Assembly: GCF_022045235.1 (NCBI RefSeq)
Contig: NW_027266308.1
Location: forward strand, 69,006,001 to 69,070,000
Origin: Haliotis cracherodii
Lineage: Eukaryota
Direction: 5' to 3'
Length of the DNA: 64,000 nt
In this document: positions 1-15,100 of the stretch, in pieces
How positions within the stretch are numbered: the first letter of the stretch is position 1
Layout: each line of letters begins with the position of its first letter
Translations under genes and position numbers: made by a program
The notes under the pieces: generated by a model
The model's database searches: none
What the model was told of the DNA's origin: nothing
The model's input: the letters and a program-made list of their open reading frames with translations, nothing else

Positions 1-512
1 CTCTGGTTTATTTGTATCATGTACCACTGTACAAAAGAAATTTATGTAACATGAGGCAGTCTATTACTGAACAGTGCATATACATTGAGCTGTAGGCCTT
101 TGGAGAGGATGAGACTAGACAATACTCACGTAGCTGTAAAACTCTGGCAGCAGTAACCATGGCAATACTGTAAATAAGGATATCGATCAAACAATAATGA
201 TTCTGATGATGAGTGATGAAAGAAAGAAAACTGAATATTTTTACCATGAAACAATACAATGTGAATTAATTTGCAAATTATAATCTGATATTATAATGAA
301 AATATTTTACTGATACAAAGTGTTTGTGGTAAGTGACGAGGAACAAAAATCTATTTGTATGAACGTGTCCAGGAGTCTCAATATCGTAAATGTGAATACT
401 AGTACCCGAGTTACCCGTCCCAGCCCTAATGAATACGACTTTATGCTGTTTCGTAGTGTGGTCGTCATCTAAGTAAGAGTTGGGAAGAGTTACCTCCCTT
501 TGAGTTTTCAAC

Positions 513-3500
513 ATGGGTAGCCTGACAGAAGTTCTTGAGTGTTTGTCTGTGTTTTTGAAGACAGTGCTGCAGGTTTGAAAGTGAATTGTTGAAAGTTATG
601 TGAATGAGGCAGTTTAGTTTGTAAATTGTCATTGATACAGTGATCGTTTTAATGACAGATGTAAGAAATCTATCCGTATACTGTAAACATCAGCTACAAT
701 TTACCTCTTTGCCCCAACAGTAACACTAGCTGAGTAGCTCTCGTAAAACACCTTTCATCATACTGTTACGAATAGATATCAACAGTGATTTTACTCTCTT
801 TTGTGGTATATTGCCTTCATATATCGTGAACATTGGGCCACTATTTACAGCTGGTAGTATCTCTCTAAGACCATGCGATATAACAGAGTCCCTGCTATTT
901 ACCACAAGTGGTTGACAGAACGTTACCCTTTCTGCTTCCAGCCTGACGTCAGTGATGACTTGGACTTGAAGAGTTTGTTGAAAGTGTCCCGAGACCCCCG
1001 CTTGTCCGTGGAGGATGTGCTGCAGTCTGTGGGCAAGCTCGTGGGCCAGTTGCAGGTATTGCTTACATGTTCGACAAGGTCATGATCATCAAAGGCTCTG
1101 TACACAAACTCTGCGGGACAGGGTCGAGTTGTTGGGCTGGTTGAAGTTGAGTGTGTGTGCGCGCGCGTGTGCTTGCTTTAGTACGGACTAATAATGAGAT
1201 ACCATGCTGTAGTTTAATTTGAATACCCCATTCAGACACAGTATACTGACTCCGAGCCAACCAGTCCTTGCTTTAGCCCCTTAAATTTGAGCGCCAGGGA
1301 GGGTAACAAGTACCATCTTTTAACATCTTTTGGTATGACGTGCCCAGGGATCAAACCTCCGACCTTCCACTCTCCTGGCAGACTCTCTACCACCAGACCA
1401 CGGAGGCAGTCCATGACATGACTACCTGAGACGGAGTCACTTGTATGAGTGACTGTCGATTGACCACAGATTGAAATAAAACAATATCCCATGATTCTGC
1501 CTCCAGGTTTTTCTGTTTCATGGTTTTTGGCACCGTGCTCATGGGTTTACCAAAGAAGTAGATGTCAAAGACCAGCATCCCTTCAGGTTTTGCTCTTACG
1601 TCAACCTGACATGTTTGGATGTTCAAAACAGTAATAAACCCTACTCACTTATGTAGGATCTTTGCATATAATGTTCCATCACTGAAAGGACTGACTCGAC
1701 TTAAACAAAAGTTACTTAATATACATGCTTGAGTGAAACCAATGGCCTGAGGACACTATGCAATGTCCAGGTAAATGATGATCATTCAAAGTGGTCATTT
1801 ATTGGCTCCTATCAATATTTACCATATGGTGCACCTCTCACATTGTTGCACAAGGTTTTACAAAGCATGAAATGATACCTCTTTAAGTTTGACTTCATTA
1901 TTTTCAGACAATCCATGTACAACTTGCAAACAAGATAAAGCAGGATAAAGAAGATAGAACAGAGGAGGCAAACAAAGACATGGAAATAGAAGTCTCACGA
2001 GGAACAGCAACCTTGGAAAGTCCAGTTCTAGTGTCGGATCCTGCTGCAGGAACTACACTTACAGATCCACCTGTTGTTTCCATAGTTACAGGCACTGGCT
2101 CGGATATGTCAGAATCAGTCCCTCCGTCAAAGAGTGAATGTAGAAAGACTGACGTACTGTCTGTAAATGTAACAACGATCAGCCCCCTTAATGTGCAGAT
2201 CAAGGCATCCAGGGCAGAGGTTTGTGTGCTGCACTTGAATATTGTCGTCATCTGTTTCATGTGGTTTCACTCTGTAATCACTTAATATGACTGACTTTTT
2301 TATTTAAAAATAATACTGATTATTCCCAAGGACAGATGTCTTATAAATAGATGCAAATGTTTTTAGCAAACACATTTTATATGAATACATGACACTTTTT
2401 TATGGATAGCAACTTCTTTAATTCTCTGTGCGACGTTCAGAGATACTTCTTGCCCCTTCATCAGGTGAACATGATGAATACATTTTATATCTAACACAGC
2501 ATTTGTGTCTACTTCTTAAGAAGTTGATGAGCAGTTGTTAAAAAGCTGAGTGTGTCCTTCTGTTGAGCCCAGGTTGAGAGGAGGATGTGTGCGTTCATCG
2601 AGAAGAAGCAGAGCGAGGTGAACCAGCAGAATAACCGGGAGTTCTGTAGTGTCATCCGCCCCGAGACAGGTCAGCCATTCAAAGTTGTCCTTTCATGCAA
2701 CATCCGACTCTCAGAAAACATGCTAACGAATCCATTACAAAATGTTATGATGTGTTATTGTGTTCAACAATCAACAGTGGTGAGATTCGCTTGTCTCCCC
2801 TGATCTGTTCAGGATAGTGTGTCATGTTAGGTATTGTGCCCTTCATATATTGTTCCTCTACACACCAGTTGTTCATGTGCATTATACACCTTCATGCTAT
2901 GTAAAATAATTCTTCACAGAGTGATGTAAGATGGACTAAATATTCTCAATGGCATCCTGTGAACCCGTGAAAATTCCGGCTACAATTGGTAATCAGCAAC
3001 CCATGCTTGTTGTAAGAGACGACTTATGGAAGAGGGTAGTTGACTCACTGACTTGGTTGATGCATTTCATGGTATCCCAATTGCGAAGATCGATGCTCAT
3101 GATTTCAGTTACCAGATTGTCTTGAGCCAGACTCAATTATTTACAAATTGCTCTCATGTAAAGTGAATATTTCCGAGTGCATCATTAAGCAACAAACAAA
3201 CAATGGCATCTATCATCAGTTTTTTCCTTGTCTTGTAGAGGTCGAGTCTTCTTGTGCCAGGACAGATGCTGTGTTCGTGCCACGTGCAGGGTGCAAAAGT
3301 CACATCAAGATATCTCGAGTTGTCAATCCATATGGACCACAGACAAGACTAAGTCCAGAAGGACTCAGACACAGACTGGATGTGAACCTGAAGTCCCAGT
3401 CATGTGGCCTTGATGAAAGGATAAAGAATGTTGAAGCTCACTTGAATTTACCATCAACAGGTAGTAATAATTAATTAGAGTTAATTTATTATTGCATGCA

Positions 3501-5185
3501 GTTTTATCTGTTATCACTGATAACTGCACTACTTGTTTTATTTGGGATTACACCTCAAGGCGTTGAATATTCATAATAATTGTACAGTTATACAATTGAG
3601 TAGTAAGTTATTTCTCCTTGCTTCTGGTAGCAGTTTATATGATGATCCTATAATTAATTTGTTATTTCGATGGAATGTTATACTGTATATCTCTTTCACT
3701 ATATTTTAATTATTTAGATGGATCCAAGTTGGATGTTTACAACAGACTGAAAGCACTGGAAGACAGAATATTATTCCTTGAAGGATTGTCTCCAGAATAT
3801 TTTCAAAATGTTGTAAGTCTCTTTTAACCTATCCACTAATGACCCAAGTTCTTTATACAGTGTTATGAGGATGCTTTACATATTATTCCTGAACTGGCAG
3901 GAACAGTTCTGTGTTAACAGATAGGTTATGGACCGTAGAGAGATCTAGGGTCACTCTGGATGGTGAGTCAGTGTCACTGTGTTAGCAACGTTAGAATAAT
4001 CAGTAACTGATAGATTTATATACATCATAAGTTTGAGTAACCAAGTAGACAAAGTGAGATTTTATTTGAATGTCATGATTCATACTTATTGTAGTATACA
4101 TGTGCTGTGATGCCTAGCTAACCCATTGGATGTTTTGGATCTGAAAATTCCACTTACAGCCCACTACAATTATATAAACCCACATAGCTGGTATATGATT
4201 AATCCCAGGTGTTTATCACACACAGCCAGGGCCAAAGAGACAGAAAGTAGAAGCCCCTGCTATGGAGAAAGACCCGCTTCAGGTAGGCCTTGTTGCACAT
4301 GTTCATGACAAGTTAAACAACTACTGATGGCTTCTACACCCTTTCAATGGAGTCAGTGCAATTTGTGTACCTAATGAATAGTTCAAATTTGACTTAAAGC
4401 TTTGTTATTAATCAGACCATTTTGGAGGTAAAAGATAAATGGTAGTAAGACTTAGACAGGATTAGGATTGACTTCTCGATTGACTTATGTTTTCTTCAAT
4501 GCAGCGTTTGGTTAGATACTAGTTCCTTCATGAGGCAAGCAATACCACATTTTGATACGAACACTAGTACTTTGATCAATCAAGCTACAAGTATCTGTAC
4601 CAAAACCATTTGAAATAAAATTTAATATAATACAAATATGCTGAACTCCAGAACCAATGATAGGGAAGCCTGACTGCATTGCTTCGGAATGCCACTGATA
4701 TTGCAGTAAACCTCCAATGTGGTTCATAGTGCTTCATTTTTAACAACACATACTCTCAAGTTTTCTTGTCTTCTGTATACACACAGTCTTGTTTACCTGT
4801 GTAGTTCTGGCTGAGTGTTATGATTACAATAGTCACTACAATCACAGATCATAGAAATAATAAACTCCACCTCATTAACATCAGTTGTCTTAATCCGTTA
4901 TGATACCTGTGTGACAATCTGAGGACACCCACTGGAGGTCACGTCACCCTCACTGAACTGTGACTGCCCTAACTAGTTGAAGGGTGCATAGGATCTGACC
5001 TTGCAGATATTCACACAGAGGTGTCATATCGGAGTAGTAGATCTAATTTTAATGAGATTATAATCAAATATGGTGATCTGTTTGGATATTTGCAGGATAT
5101 GAGTTTGCAAGATATAGATGATAGAATACAAGCCCTCCAGTCGTCCCTGAAGATGAAGAGAGCTGGTACGGGATGGCTGCATTAA
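513..5185 (+). CDS. MBIP: MAP3K12-binding inhibitory protein 1 (ATAC complex subunit), 8 coding exons
   Basis: Phase-consistent GT-AG exons 513-572, 942-1055, 1908-2219, 2573-2669, 3239-3460, 3718-3812, 4226-4282, 5096-5185. The translation contains VQIKASRAEVERRMCAFIEKKQSEVNQQNNREFC, SSCARTDAVF..KSHIKISRVVNPYGPQTR and RLKALEDRILFLEGLSPEYFQ, matching recalled MBIP blocks. The first two exons are less certain. Confidence 0.92.
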
Positions 5186-6727
5186 CACAGCAGCAGCATC
5201 ACCACCACCACAACATCGTGGCCAACACTCATGTACCTCCTTGTTTTGTTATTGATGGATAAACATTCACACAAACTGACTGTTCTGTTTTCTGTCATGC
5301 ACATTGTCATCAGATAGAAAACCATTTCGTTTTGGAGATATTTGAGTAATTGTCACTTACATACATGCCTACTGAGGGGTTGAGCCAGGGATTCATATTT
5401 AAACAACCAATTGTTCCAGGCAATGCTGAAAAATAACATTTTAAAATAATAAGTTTGGGGGCGTTGTGTCAAACTCACAGCTTGGTCTCAGTACCCCTTT
5501 ACCATATCTGTCACTATTTTGACCAGATGTGTCAAATTCCTGGTTGTCTCAAACTCAATTTAAAGCCCCGAGAGTAAACATAAGGTACAACTTTCACTCA
5601 TAAGTCAAACTCAGAATGCAACTTAGCACGACTTTGAGATTGTATCAAGTATAATGACCAAAACATAATATGATGTGAAACATCAAAGACAGGAAACTGC
5701 TGACTTGCTCCCATAAGTAGGTGACTTGACTGGGCAATGCAACCAGGAAGCACTGATGACCATGTGTACATTTGCTTACTGTTGTCTGATGGATAGATCA
5801 GACCTTAATAAGGTTGAGTTGGGTGTGGTGAACTATTTTTCTCATCCCTCAAGAGTTCGAGGCATGGGAGTTCAACTGTGTATTTGAAACTTGTCATGAC
5901 TAACAGAGTTATCTCCCTTGCTTTTCCCGAAAGTACTTTCAGATTGCCGTATATTTGATTTGTTAGCAGGGTAAAGGCGGAATTGTAAAGACTTTGTGAG
6001 TGGTATTTTGTTGTATTTTTGTCACATCAACACTGATCAGATCTGATTGTACCCCTACTATATGAACTCAGTCATGATAAAACAATATTGTCGAAGGTTA
6101 TTTTGCGAGGTATACTTCTGCTAGGAAATGTGTGACAGGTTTGTTTTGTGGAGTCATGAGATGATATTTTATTAATGAATATTTTATTTATTGCAGTCAT
6201 GCAATGCAATTCACTGTGCACAGTTCCAGGTTTCGCCTCGGCTATGATTCTAGGTGAGCAGTGTTCGTAGGGTTCCATACCAGTGTAAATATATTTCAGC
6301 AAAGAGGTAACTATGTTGAAGCCTGCATGTCGTTTCCTCCCACATTTCTTTGGCAACCTGTGACAACAATGAACTGTTGTTCAAAGCGGGATCAACCTAA
6401 CTGATTCACTCGCCAGTGTGGGAGGAGGTGAAGCCAGTGGAAGGAAGGAAGGAAGTGTGAGGCGCATCGATCCACGCCACACACACTACATCAGACAGAA
6501 CGGAGCTCAACAGGGGTAACCCCAACAGCCATTTCACGTGGCCGAACAAGGCAGGAAAATAACTCACATTTTATTTCAACTTGAAAATGATAAACCATCA
6601 CTATACCATTATATCAATGTCATTGATATAAGTACATATAAGTAAAACTTAACCACAGATATTTTGCCAGCAAACCAAACTGTACTGTCTTACATTACAA
6701 CATACAATTTCAGTGTATCTGATTTAG

Positions 6728-9700
6728 TCAGAGCCAGTCTGCAACATCCAGCATTACTTCATTCAACCAGTCATCTACCTGGAACAAAGTAAACTGTATT
6801 CTCATATACAATATCCTTATTTTTGTCATCATTTGTCTTTTGTTTTGTCTTCAGGATTAAAGTGAATGTTCTGTTATGACACAGTCAAGAATATCCTTGC
6901 TATAGCAGGCTGCCTGTATAAACCAGGCAAGACAGACCAATACCTGATGGCATGAACAACATTTACAGGGTACAATGACACAGCATCAGTACAGCACATT
7001 GTTACCACCCAGTCCTTCATGAGACATGGGGTGCGTGGGACCTACGCGGATCTTACGTAGACTGTTGTCTTCAGATTTGCTCATCACCAGTTTTCTGATA
7101 ATCCATTAAAGATTAATGTGACAATGTTTCTTGAATATAAGAAACGTCAGTTACCTTGCACTTTACACCCAACAGAAAATGTATTCTTACACTGCCAGGG
7201 CGGTAGGATAGCATGGTGGTAAAGCGTTCGCTCGTCACACGGAAGACCAGGGTATGATTCCCCAACATGGCTACAATGTGTGAAACATTTCTGGTGAACC
7301 TCCCCACCACACCCAACCCCACCCCACCCGTGATATTGCTGGAATATTGCTAAAAGCGGCGTAAAAAAACAATACTCACACACTCACTCTCTCAAGGATG
7401 TTAGTTACGTTTGAAATCATGCTTTCTCTTACTGATTGCTGCTGATGGTGTGGTCTGCCAGCGTCTGAGAGCGTGGTCGGCGGAACAACCAGATCATCAT
7501 CTTCCCTTTGGTTCACTAAAGCAGAGATACATTTTTTTATATATCTCTTACATATTCAAATGAAATATCAAGGTCATTTATTTGGAGTTTTGGTTTACAT
7601 TTAAATGTGTTCACCTGGGTTTATCTTACCGGGGTAAAAAATGGGTTCTTGCACCGAGACCTGATTGGTATCCAGAGTTCTGCTTGGGAGAGACCTTGAT
7701 CCAGTGTCTTCTTCAAAGTTATCAATATCCTGAATATTCAAACTCATCTCCGAATCTGAGTCCACACTTATCACACCAGGTGATCCCTGCCTTGCCCTTT
7801 CACTTGAGGACAAATCTTGCTGAGTCTCTGTTTGTGAACTGTTGCCATGTAAACGATATGACCTCGAATGAATGTCTTCATCAAAGTCATCTGGTTCCTG
7901 CGGCATATTTGTGGCAAGGTTTACTTACTGTCTTGAAAACACATTCCACAGAACCTGGAATAAGCTTTTTCAACTTCAGGTCTCACAAGTACACATTTGC
8001 AGATTATAGAAGACCGGGTGTACATTAGAAAAGGCTAAGTTAAAAAGCAAGGAAAAGACGCTTCCGTGGTCTAGTGGATAAAGTGACTGCCCCGAGAGCG
8101 AAAAATCGGTGGTCCGATCCCAGACGTTAAAATGTGGTACTTGTTGTTACCCTGCCTGGTGTTCAGTATTCAGGGTATAAAACAAGGACCTAGGCTGTAT
8201 AATGTGTCTGAGTGGAGTACCCATCTTAAACTGGGACATGGTAGCTCTATAAAAGCAGCATTAGTCCAAACTAGTACAATCAGACACACACATGCATGTA
8301 TGTCGCTACATTAGTACAATACTCTTTAACGGAACCTTAAGACCCATTTCACCTCACCTTCAAATCAAGGGATGAGTTTATCAAAGCTTAGGTAGGCCCA
8401 ATGGTCAGTCTTGCTTGACGTCTATAGCCACGCCCATGCAGGACTATAGTGTCGGGCATGATGCTTGTGGTCGATTCATAACACACTTCTTGCTTAAAGT
8501 TAATTGCTGGTGAGAAAATCTAAATAGTGTGAGATCTGATACCATGTGATCAGACTGACATGATACCTGTGAGGTTGCTATGGAGTGTGCAGTGTCCTCG
8601 TTGTCCCCTGTAGCACCTGCAGTGTGGGCACGCCTGGGATGCGTGGCGTCTCCCCACTCATCTATGTCTGTGTCTGCATCACCAGTCTCGGTCTACACAA
8701 GAACCAAGAATTCTTAAAGCACTTGGTATTGTAAAAGACAACACTGTGTTGCTTTTAGTACATTTGCATCAACTTGAAATTCATGTTTTACTGGCTCTAA
8801 ATAATGAGTATCTGTTTTCTGAAAAATAGACTCCACATGCCTGTAAGAGGCGACTAAAGTAGTCAGGCTCAGTGAAATGGTTGATTGGGTGTCATGCAAT
8901 GCACTGGTGCACTTGTTGTAGCCATGGTTGCAATGCATGTCTGTGGCTTTCAACTCCCGTATGCACCAGATTTGTCACCATCAGATTCCCACCTCTTCCC
9001 CAACTTGAAGAAAGATCTGTCTGGCAAGCATTATTTTTAATTTATGCAACTGATAATGACCTCATTTCATGAAAGGGGTTCTACACGAGAGGGATCCAGG
9101 CACTCTGGCATCACTGGCAGAAGGGTGTGGATCGTGTAGGGGGTGATGGTGAAAATAATTAGCAACCAACTCCATCAACACAGCCTATCATAATTAGGCT
9201 CAAAACTTTTCAGCCACCCCCTGAGACCCGTGAAGATCCGGCTAGAGAATAGGTCTTCAGCATTCCACGCTTGCTGTAAGAGGCGACTATGCTTGTCGTA
9301 AGAGGAGACTAGCAGGATCGGGTGGTCAGGTTCGCTGTCTTGGTTGATGCATGTCATCGTATCGTAACTGCCTAGATCGATGCTCATGATGTCAGACACT
9401 GGATTGTCTGGTCCAGACTCGATTATTCACAGGCCGCCGTCATATAGATGCAATATTGCTGTGTGCAGCGTTTAACAACAAACAAACAAACAAACAAACA
9501 ACAGCCACCTCTCAAATACTGGTCAGAACTGCCCTCATATAGCTGGAATATTGCTGACTATTTAACTAACTTCTCTCACTCACATCATGACCACATTACA
9601 CAACCAACCAGATGAATAACACCTACGGCCAACATAACACCAACATGATAATTTCTAAACATCTGCACATGTCACTTCATATACTTTTCAGCGTATTCTG

Positions 9701-12135
9701 AATGTACCACGTGAGCAACAGTGCCTATTTCTAACTGATTCAAGGAATCGAACAACTGTGAGGTTGTATCTTACCTCCAGGATCTCAGCATCAGACACAT
9801 GGGCTATTTCCAGTAGTCGCGCCTTGAGAGCATTTTCCAGTGTCTGCCTCGTGTCAACCTGATATTGGAAATAAAATCAATAATTTTCATGTGTTATGTC
9901 TTCTATCAGTCGAGTGCTGAACAACAGGTAGCTTATGTAAAGGTGTGATACGGCTGATATTGCCGTGGCACAGCCGAGCTATAGTTGAAGTTATAGTCCG
10001 TGAAATAGTCGTGGTCTAGCTATTTTATAGCCAAGGTAAAGGTGTGGTACTCGGCTATATATGTTCGCCGAAATATACATCTGAAAAACACTGCTTGCTG
10101 TATATTTTTATCTCATGAAATCTTATCCTGAATATATATTTTGACGAAACAAATTTAATTTGGTTTACGTAGTGGACTACCCTTATATAAAAACATAAAC
10201 TTCGATCATGTGAGGACATTGCTTGTAGTTGTTCCATGGGCGACTACCCTTCCAGTTGCTTCCCGAGCGCCTTTGAATGACATGCTATGAATAAGTACTT
10301 GCGGCCATCTGGAGAAACGTGTTATATTGTTGAACACTCAGTTACTGTACATATAGTTCTGTTATTGGTTGAAGCAGCTTCCCACACGCACCTGTAATAA
10401 ATGGCTCATGTCATTTCTGAAGCTGACATTGGTGCTGTGATTGAAGACATCACAGACGGCAGATGTTATCATTTGGATTGACTGGACGTACGTCTTCCCA
10501 TGCTGAAATATACATGAGGAGTTCATGTAGGTAATACGATACATCTTCCCGAGGCAAAAGCGTTAACTGACTATGAAAGTCCAGTCTTATAGTCCGTTAA
10601 CGTCCTTGCCTCGGGAAGATGGGTCGGATACTAACCCTATTTGCACGATGGGCCTTTCCGTCCAAAAGGCAAAAGATAGAATAGGACACCAAATGAAATA
10701 TTTCTGGTACTCACACGAACACCTAACTCTTGTATGGCAGATATTGCAAAATGATGAAACCATCAATTTTGAATATCATTTAGAATAATTCTCAAAGAAG
10801 CATTAGGGGTATCCATGTTAAAGGTTTTGGGAAGATTTAGAAATACCCTGTAAGTTTCATCTAGACACCTACTCCAGGTCTTGGGAAGATTTAGAAATAT
10901 CCTGTAAGTTTCATCTAGACACCTACTCCAGATTTGATGTTTACAACCAAAGTGATCCTCCTGTTACATGTTTCCTCTACCTGGTCAATATCGGTGAAAT
11001 TGTTACGCCTTCTGACTTTACTGACGTAGAAATATATCAATATAGAACATAAACTGCCATCCAAAGGAAAGTATGCACTTGAACATTCTATATGCAAACT
11101 TAAGGTCCACAGCCCAGCTATGATACCTGTATGAAATACATCAACATCGAAAAAAAGTAATTTCTAGTTTGTGTCATTTTTATTCACTATGAAACATGAG
11201 TGTATACTTTCTTTTCTTCGTTAGTTTATGTTAGGTTCCTTCTTTGCAAATACGATCGCTGAACAGAGTTGCGTCCCTTTGGGTACCAGAAACCCATGAT
11301 CGTTGGTTCGAATCCAGGTTGGCCAAAAAATTACGTTTCAAGGTTTGTCAGCACCATACTCGTTGGATTCACCCAGTGGTAAACGTCTAAGACCTGCATC
11401 ACTTTGGGCTTTCCTCCCACATCAAGCTGACACGCCGTGATGTAACTGGGACACTGTTCAAAGCCACGTTAAATTCATCTCACTCACTTATAATTGTCTT
11501 ATACCATCCATCTTTACCCATCACAAGAAGTAAACACAAATAACCTATTACCATCTTCTCATATTCAGTAGCTCTGTTAGCAAAGATGTGTTGTAAGGAC
11601 GAGTGCAGGCTCTCCCCTATGGCCGGATACAACTGGGGAAGGACGTTTGGGTCACCTTGAAGATGCTTGATGATCTCTGCAGAATATACCGTTATGCATC
11701 ATAAATCAACTGTTCCAGTGGAACACTAATCTTTGTCAGACCAGGTAACTCGTTCTTGTTTAACAGACGACTCTAGGTTATGAGCTGAACATTGTATTAC
11801 AAGGGAACATATAATAATTGATTTGCATGACTTTCAATTCAGACAAACCATTTGATTTTTCAACTCTACACTTCTATCCCACGTGACAAACTAAAGAAAA
11901 AACTTCATTCCTTGATCCATTGACCGCCTCCGTGCTCTACTGGTGGAGCCGGTCGCGTCATACCAAAAGACGTTAAAATATACTACTTACCCTGCCTGGT
12001 GCTCAGCATTAATGGGCTTAAACATGGAGTGGTCGGCTCGGAGTCAGTATTCTGTGTCTGAGTGGGGTATTCATCGGCATTAGTACAAGCAGCCACGCAC
12101 ATACACGCACGCATGCACACACGCGCGCATGCATG

Positions 12136-12177
<42 letters not shown>

Positions 12178-15100
12178 TTCATAGCGCTTTTGTTACAAAA
12201 CGTGGTGACCATAGGTATAGTTACATATCTATCTTCAGAGGTTCAATGTGAAATGCTGGACTTCCTGATTGATAACATCTATGTGAAATTTGGGGGTAAG
12301 ACATTTAGGCAAGCAGTAGGCATCCACATGGGCACCAACTGCGCTCCTCTTCTTGCTGATATGTTTCTTTATGCAAATGAATCAGAATTTCTGCTCGTAT
12401 TCGCAAAGTCAACACAATTTGGCCAAGAAGTTTAACTTAAGCTTCAGGTATATCTATAATCAGATATCGTTTAATAACCGCTCAATAGCCAATTCCCGTC
12501 CGCAGATTTGCCCACCTGAACTAGAAATTTAGAAGACCAGCGATCCTTCTTCATCTGTTTCATATTTAGATCTGTGCATAAAATTCAGAGTGACAAAGGA
12601 CTCTCCACAAGATTATGACAAGAGGGATGACTTCATTTCCGATAGTCAACTTTCCCTTTATGTCGCGCACTATTCTAGCAGCTCCAGCCATTAGGAGTTT
12701 ACATTTCACAACCTTTGAGGTCAAATCGAGCATGCTCTTTCTACCAAGAGTTCGGAGAACGTCAACTCCTGCTCAGAAATTGTTTGATCAAGGTAGCCTC
12801 AGCAAACCTTTCGAAAGTTTTAGGGTAGACATGCGGAGGACATATTCAAATTTGACGCATTAGTGACAAAATTATGTCCGATGCAATTCCCTATTTTGAT
12901 CTGTACCAGATGATCCCGTGGTTGTTTTGTTTTTTCAGTTGAACAATTGACTTGCCTTTGCATGTGTTTGTAATGGGTGCCACCAGTTGGGTAGGTTACG
13001 CCCACCTTTTCGAGAACACCTGGCATCATAACTATTGGACAGTGATTCATAAACCATGTTCATGATATAGTCGGAATCGTACAACGGACTGCCTTTGGCA
13101 GAAATTTCTTATGAATACGGAAAGGGTTTGTCGTTTTTATTTTGTAGAAACATGTGGTTTCAAAGTAATCTTAAATATCGTTGTATTTGTTCCTGTGTGC
13201 ATTTGAAGTTGTTTAGAAGATCTGTTTTCACGACGATATTTTGGAGTTTCACATTATATTTCTTATTCTAATAAGCTCTGGGACTTAATATGACAACTAT
13301 TGAATGTACTGTACATTAGGAAATGGTATACAATGCTACAGGGAGATCCACATTCAAAGCACCCCATTACATTGATCAATTAGTGCCTCGAGCGTATTCC
13401 AAGTGTGTAGAGTGACGAAGAACCTCAAGTTAGTGAGTGTGCATCATCCCAAGGCAAGTGAGTTAACCGACTATAACAGTCCGGAGCTGAACTTGTTGGA
13501 AATAGAATAAATACACAGAAAAAACAATTGAGTACATAAAAACTTTCTAGATGATATAGAGTGGATGGTTATCTAGGACAGATCAGTGTGGTGAAGGGTA
13601 CGGGCTGTTACTCGTTTGTCTGTGCTTATACAATAACAGTGCTGAATACAACACATACATGTATCCTATCAGAGAACAATCCTATGCACAGTGTTTTACA
13701 CATCGATCACCGCATGATGAGCTGTAACAGCTGGCTCGTCATGTCTCTGACAACAGCTGGCTGCGGTTTCTAGAATGTAAAGAATTATGCACAGAATGCA
13801 ATTGCATCCTAAAGAGTCAGAATATATCAATAATATTCCTGGTTTGAAAGTTATCTGGTACAGCACAAAAGGATTGGCTACAATTCCCACTTTGTGATTA
13901 TCCAGGATTCTCTACTGTTTTGTAGGAGTCCTCATCACAACCTGTTCTACACCGCCTCACTCACATATTCTACTTCAGAACCAGGAGGTGGCACTCTTAA
14001 GCCAAGTGTGTAAGAGTGTTTTCACTCGGCTATGGCATTACTGTTGTTACGGAAATGGTCTTGGGGTGAGATTTCACACAGGTAGATCTGGCTGTTCCGA
14101 CTGTCACTGATCAATGCGATTAACACCTGGGCCGGGTGATTGCAAACATTGCCAATCACATCAGAGGGATCGATACTTATCTCAATATACAGTGGTACAG
14201 AAAAAAATAGCCACATTCTTCTCAGACTTGCAGTTTTTGTTTACAAGATATTTGAAAGAAGGACGATACATTGAATATTAATAAAACTGTGTACATCTAT
14301 TCAGCTACAACCTTATCAGTATACAAGTGGTGCGCACCACGAATTTTCCACAACAAAATGTCATTGTACTAATGACCTCATGGCCACACATACGAAATAA
14401 ATCTGTCTGTCGGTCAATATACAGCGTATATGTTCGTTTGTATCCAATGTGTATGTCCGCTTGTACACAATGTATATGTTCGTTTGTATACATTGTATAT
14501 GCTCGTTGTATCAGTGTATATGCCCGTTTGTATACAGTGTACTTGCTCCTTTCTTGCATGTATGTCCATGATTGCTGAGGATGTTAGTAAAGTCAATGCA
14601 CACACCAGCCCTTAAAACAGTATATCTAAATCCGTCTGTTATGAAATGTCTAAAATCCAAGTTTATATCTCATCATTGAAGTTGACGTGGTGTTTACATT
14701 CGCTCGGAGACAATCTCAAAATCTTCACTTTTCGAGAACAATTGATGACATCATCACATTACTGATAACATCTTCCTGGCCTACCTCGATTTCTGCTGGT
14801 GTGGTCCTCTGCACGAGGGTCGGAGACAATCACAGCCAGGCACAGAAGGAACGAGGTGGCCCCAGAGGCCCAGGGTGGTAGATAACGCTGATTGGTCAGA
14901 GTGGCTGCAGCTGTCATGTCACCTATGAAGAAACAGACTTGTGCCGATCTACAATTAGGCCAGGCTATTACTTTAATTTTGGTTTATGGATATACAAGAA
15001 TTCAGGTCGGTAGGTTAAAAAACCCACATATACAAATTCCAATTTCAAATATATATATTGTCTTATTTCTTTTTTAAAAAATAAGTTAAAACATGGGGTT

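Noticed and set aside
4209-4250. Alternative MBIP acceptor at 4208
   Set aside because: It gives an early TAG. The acceptor at 4225 preserves the conserved KRQKV and final helix.
14022-14216. ORF as an extra TOP6BL exon
   Set aside because: No convincing AG acceptor. Exons 14922-14785 and 11676-11552 already join in phase without a gap in the alignment.
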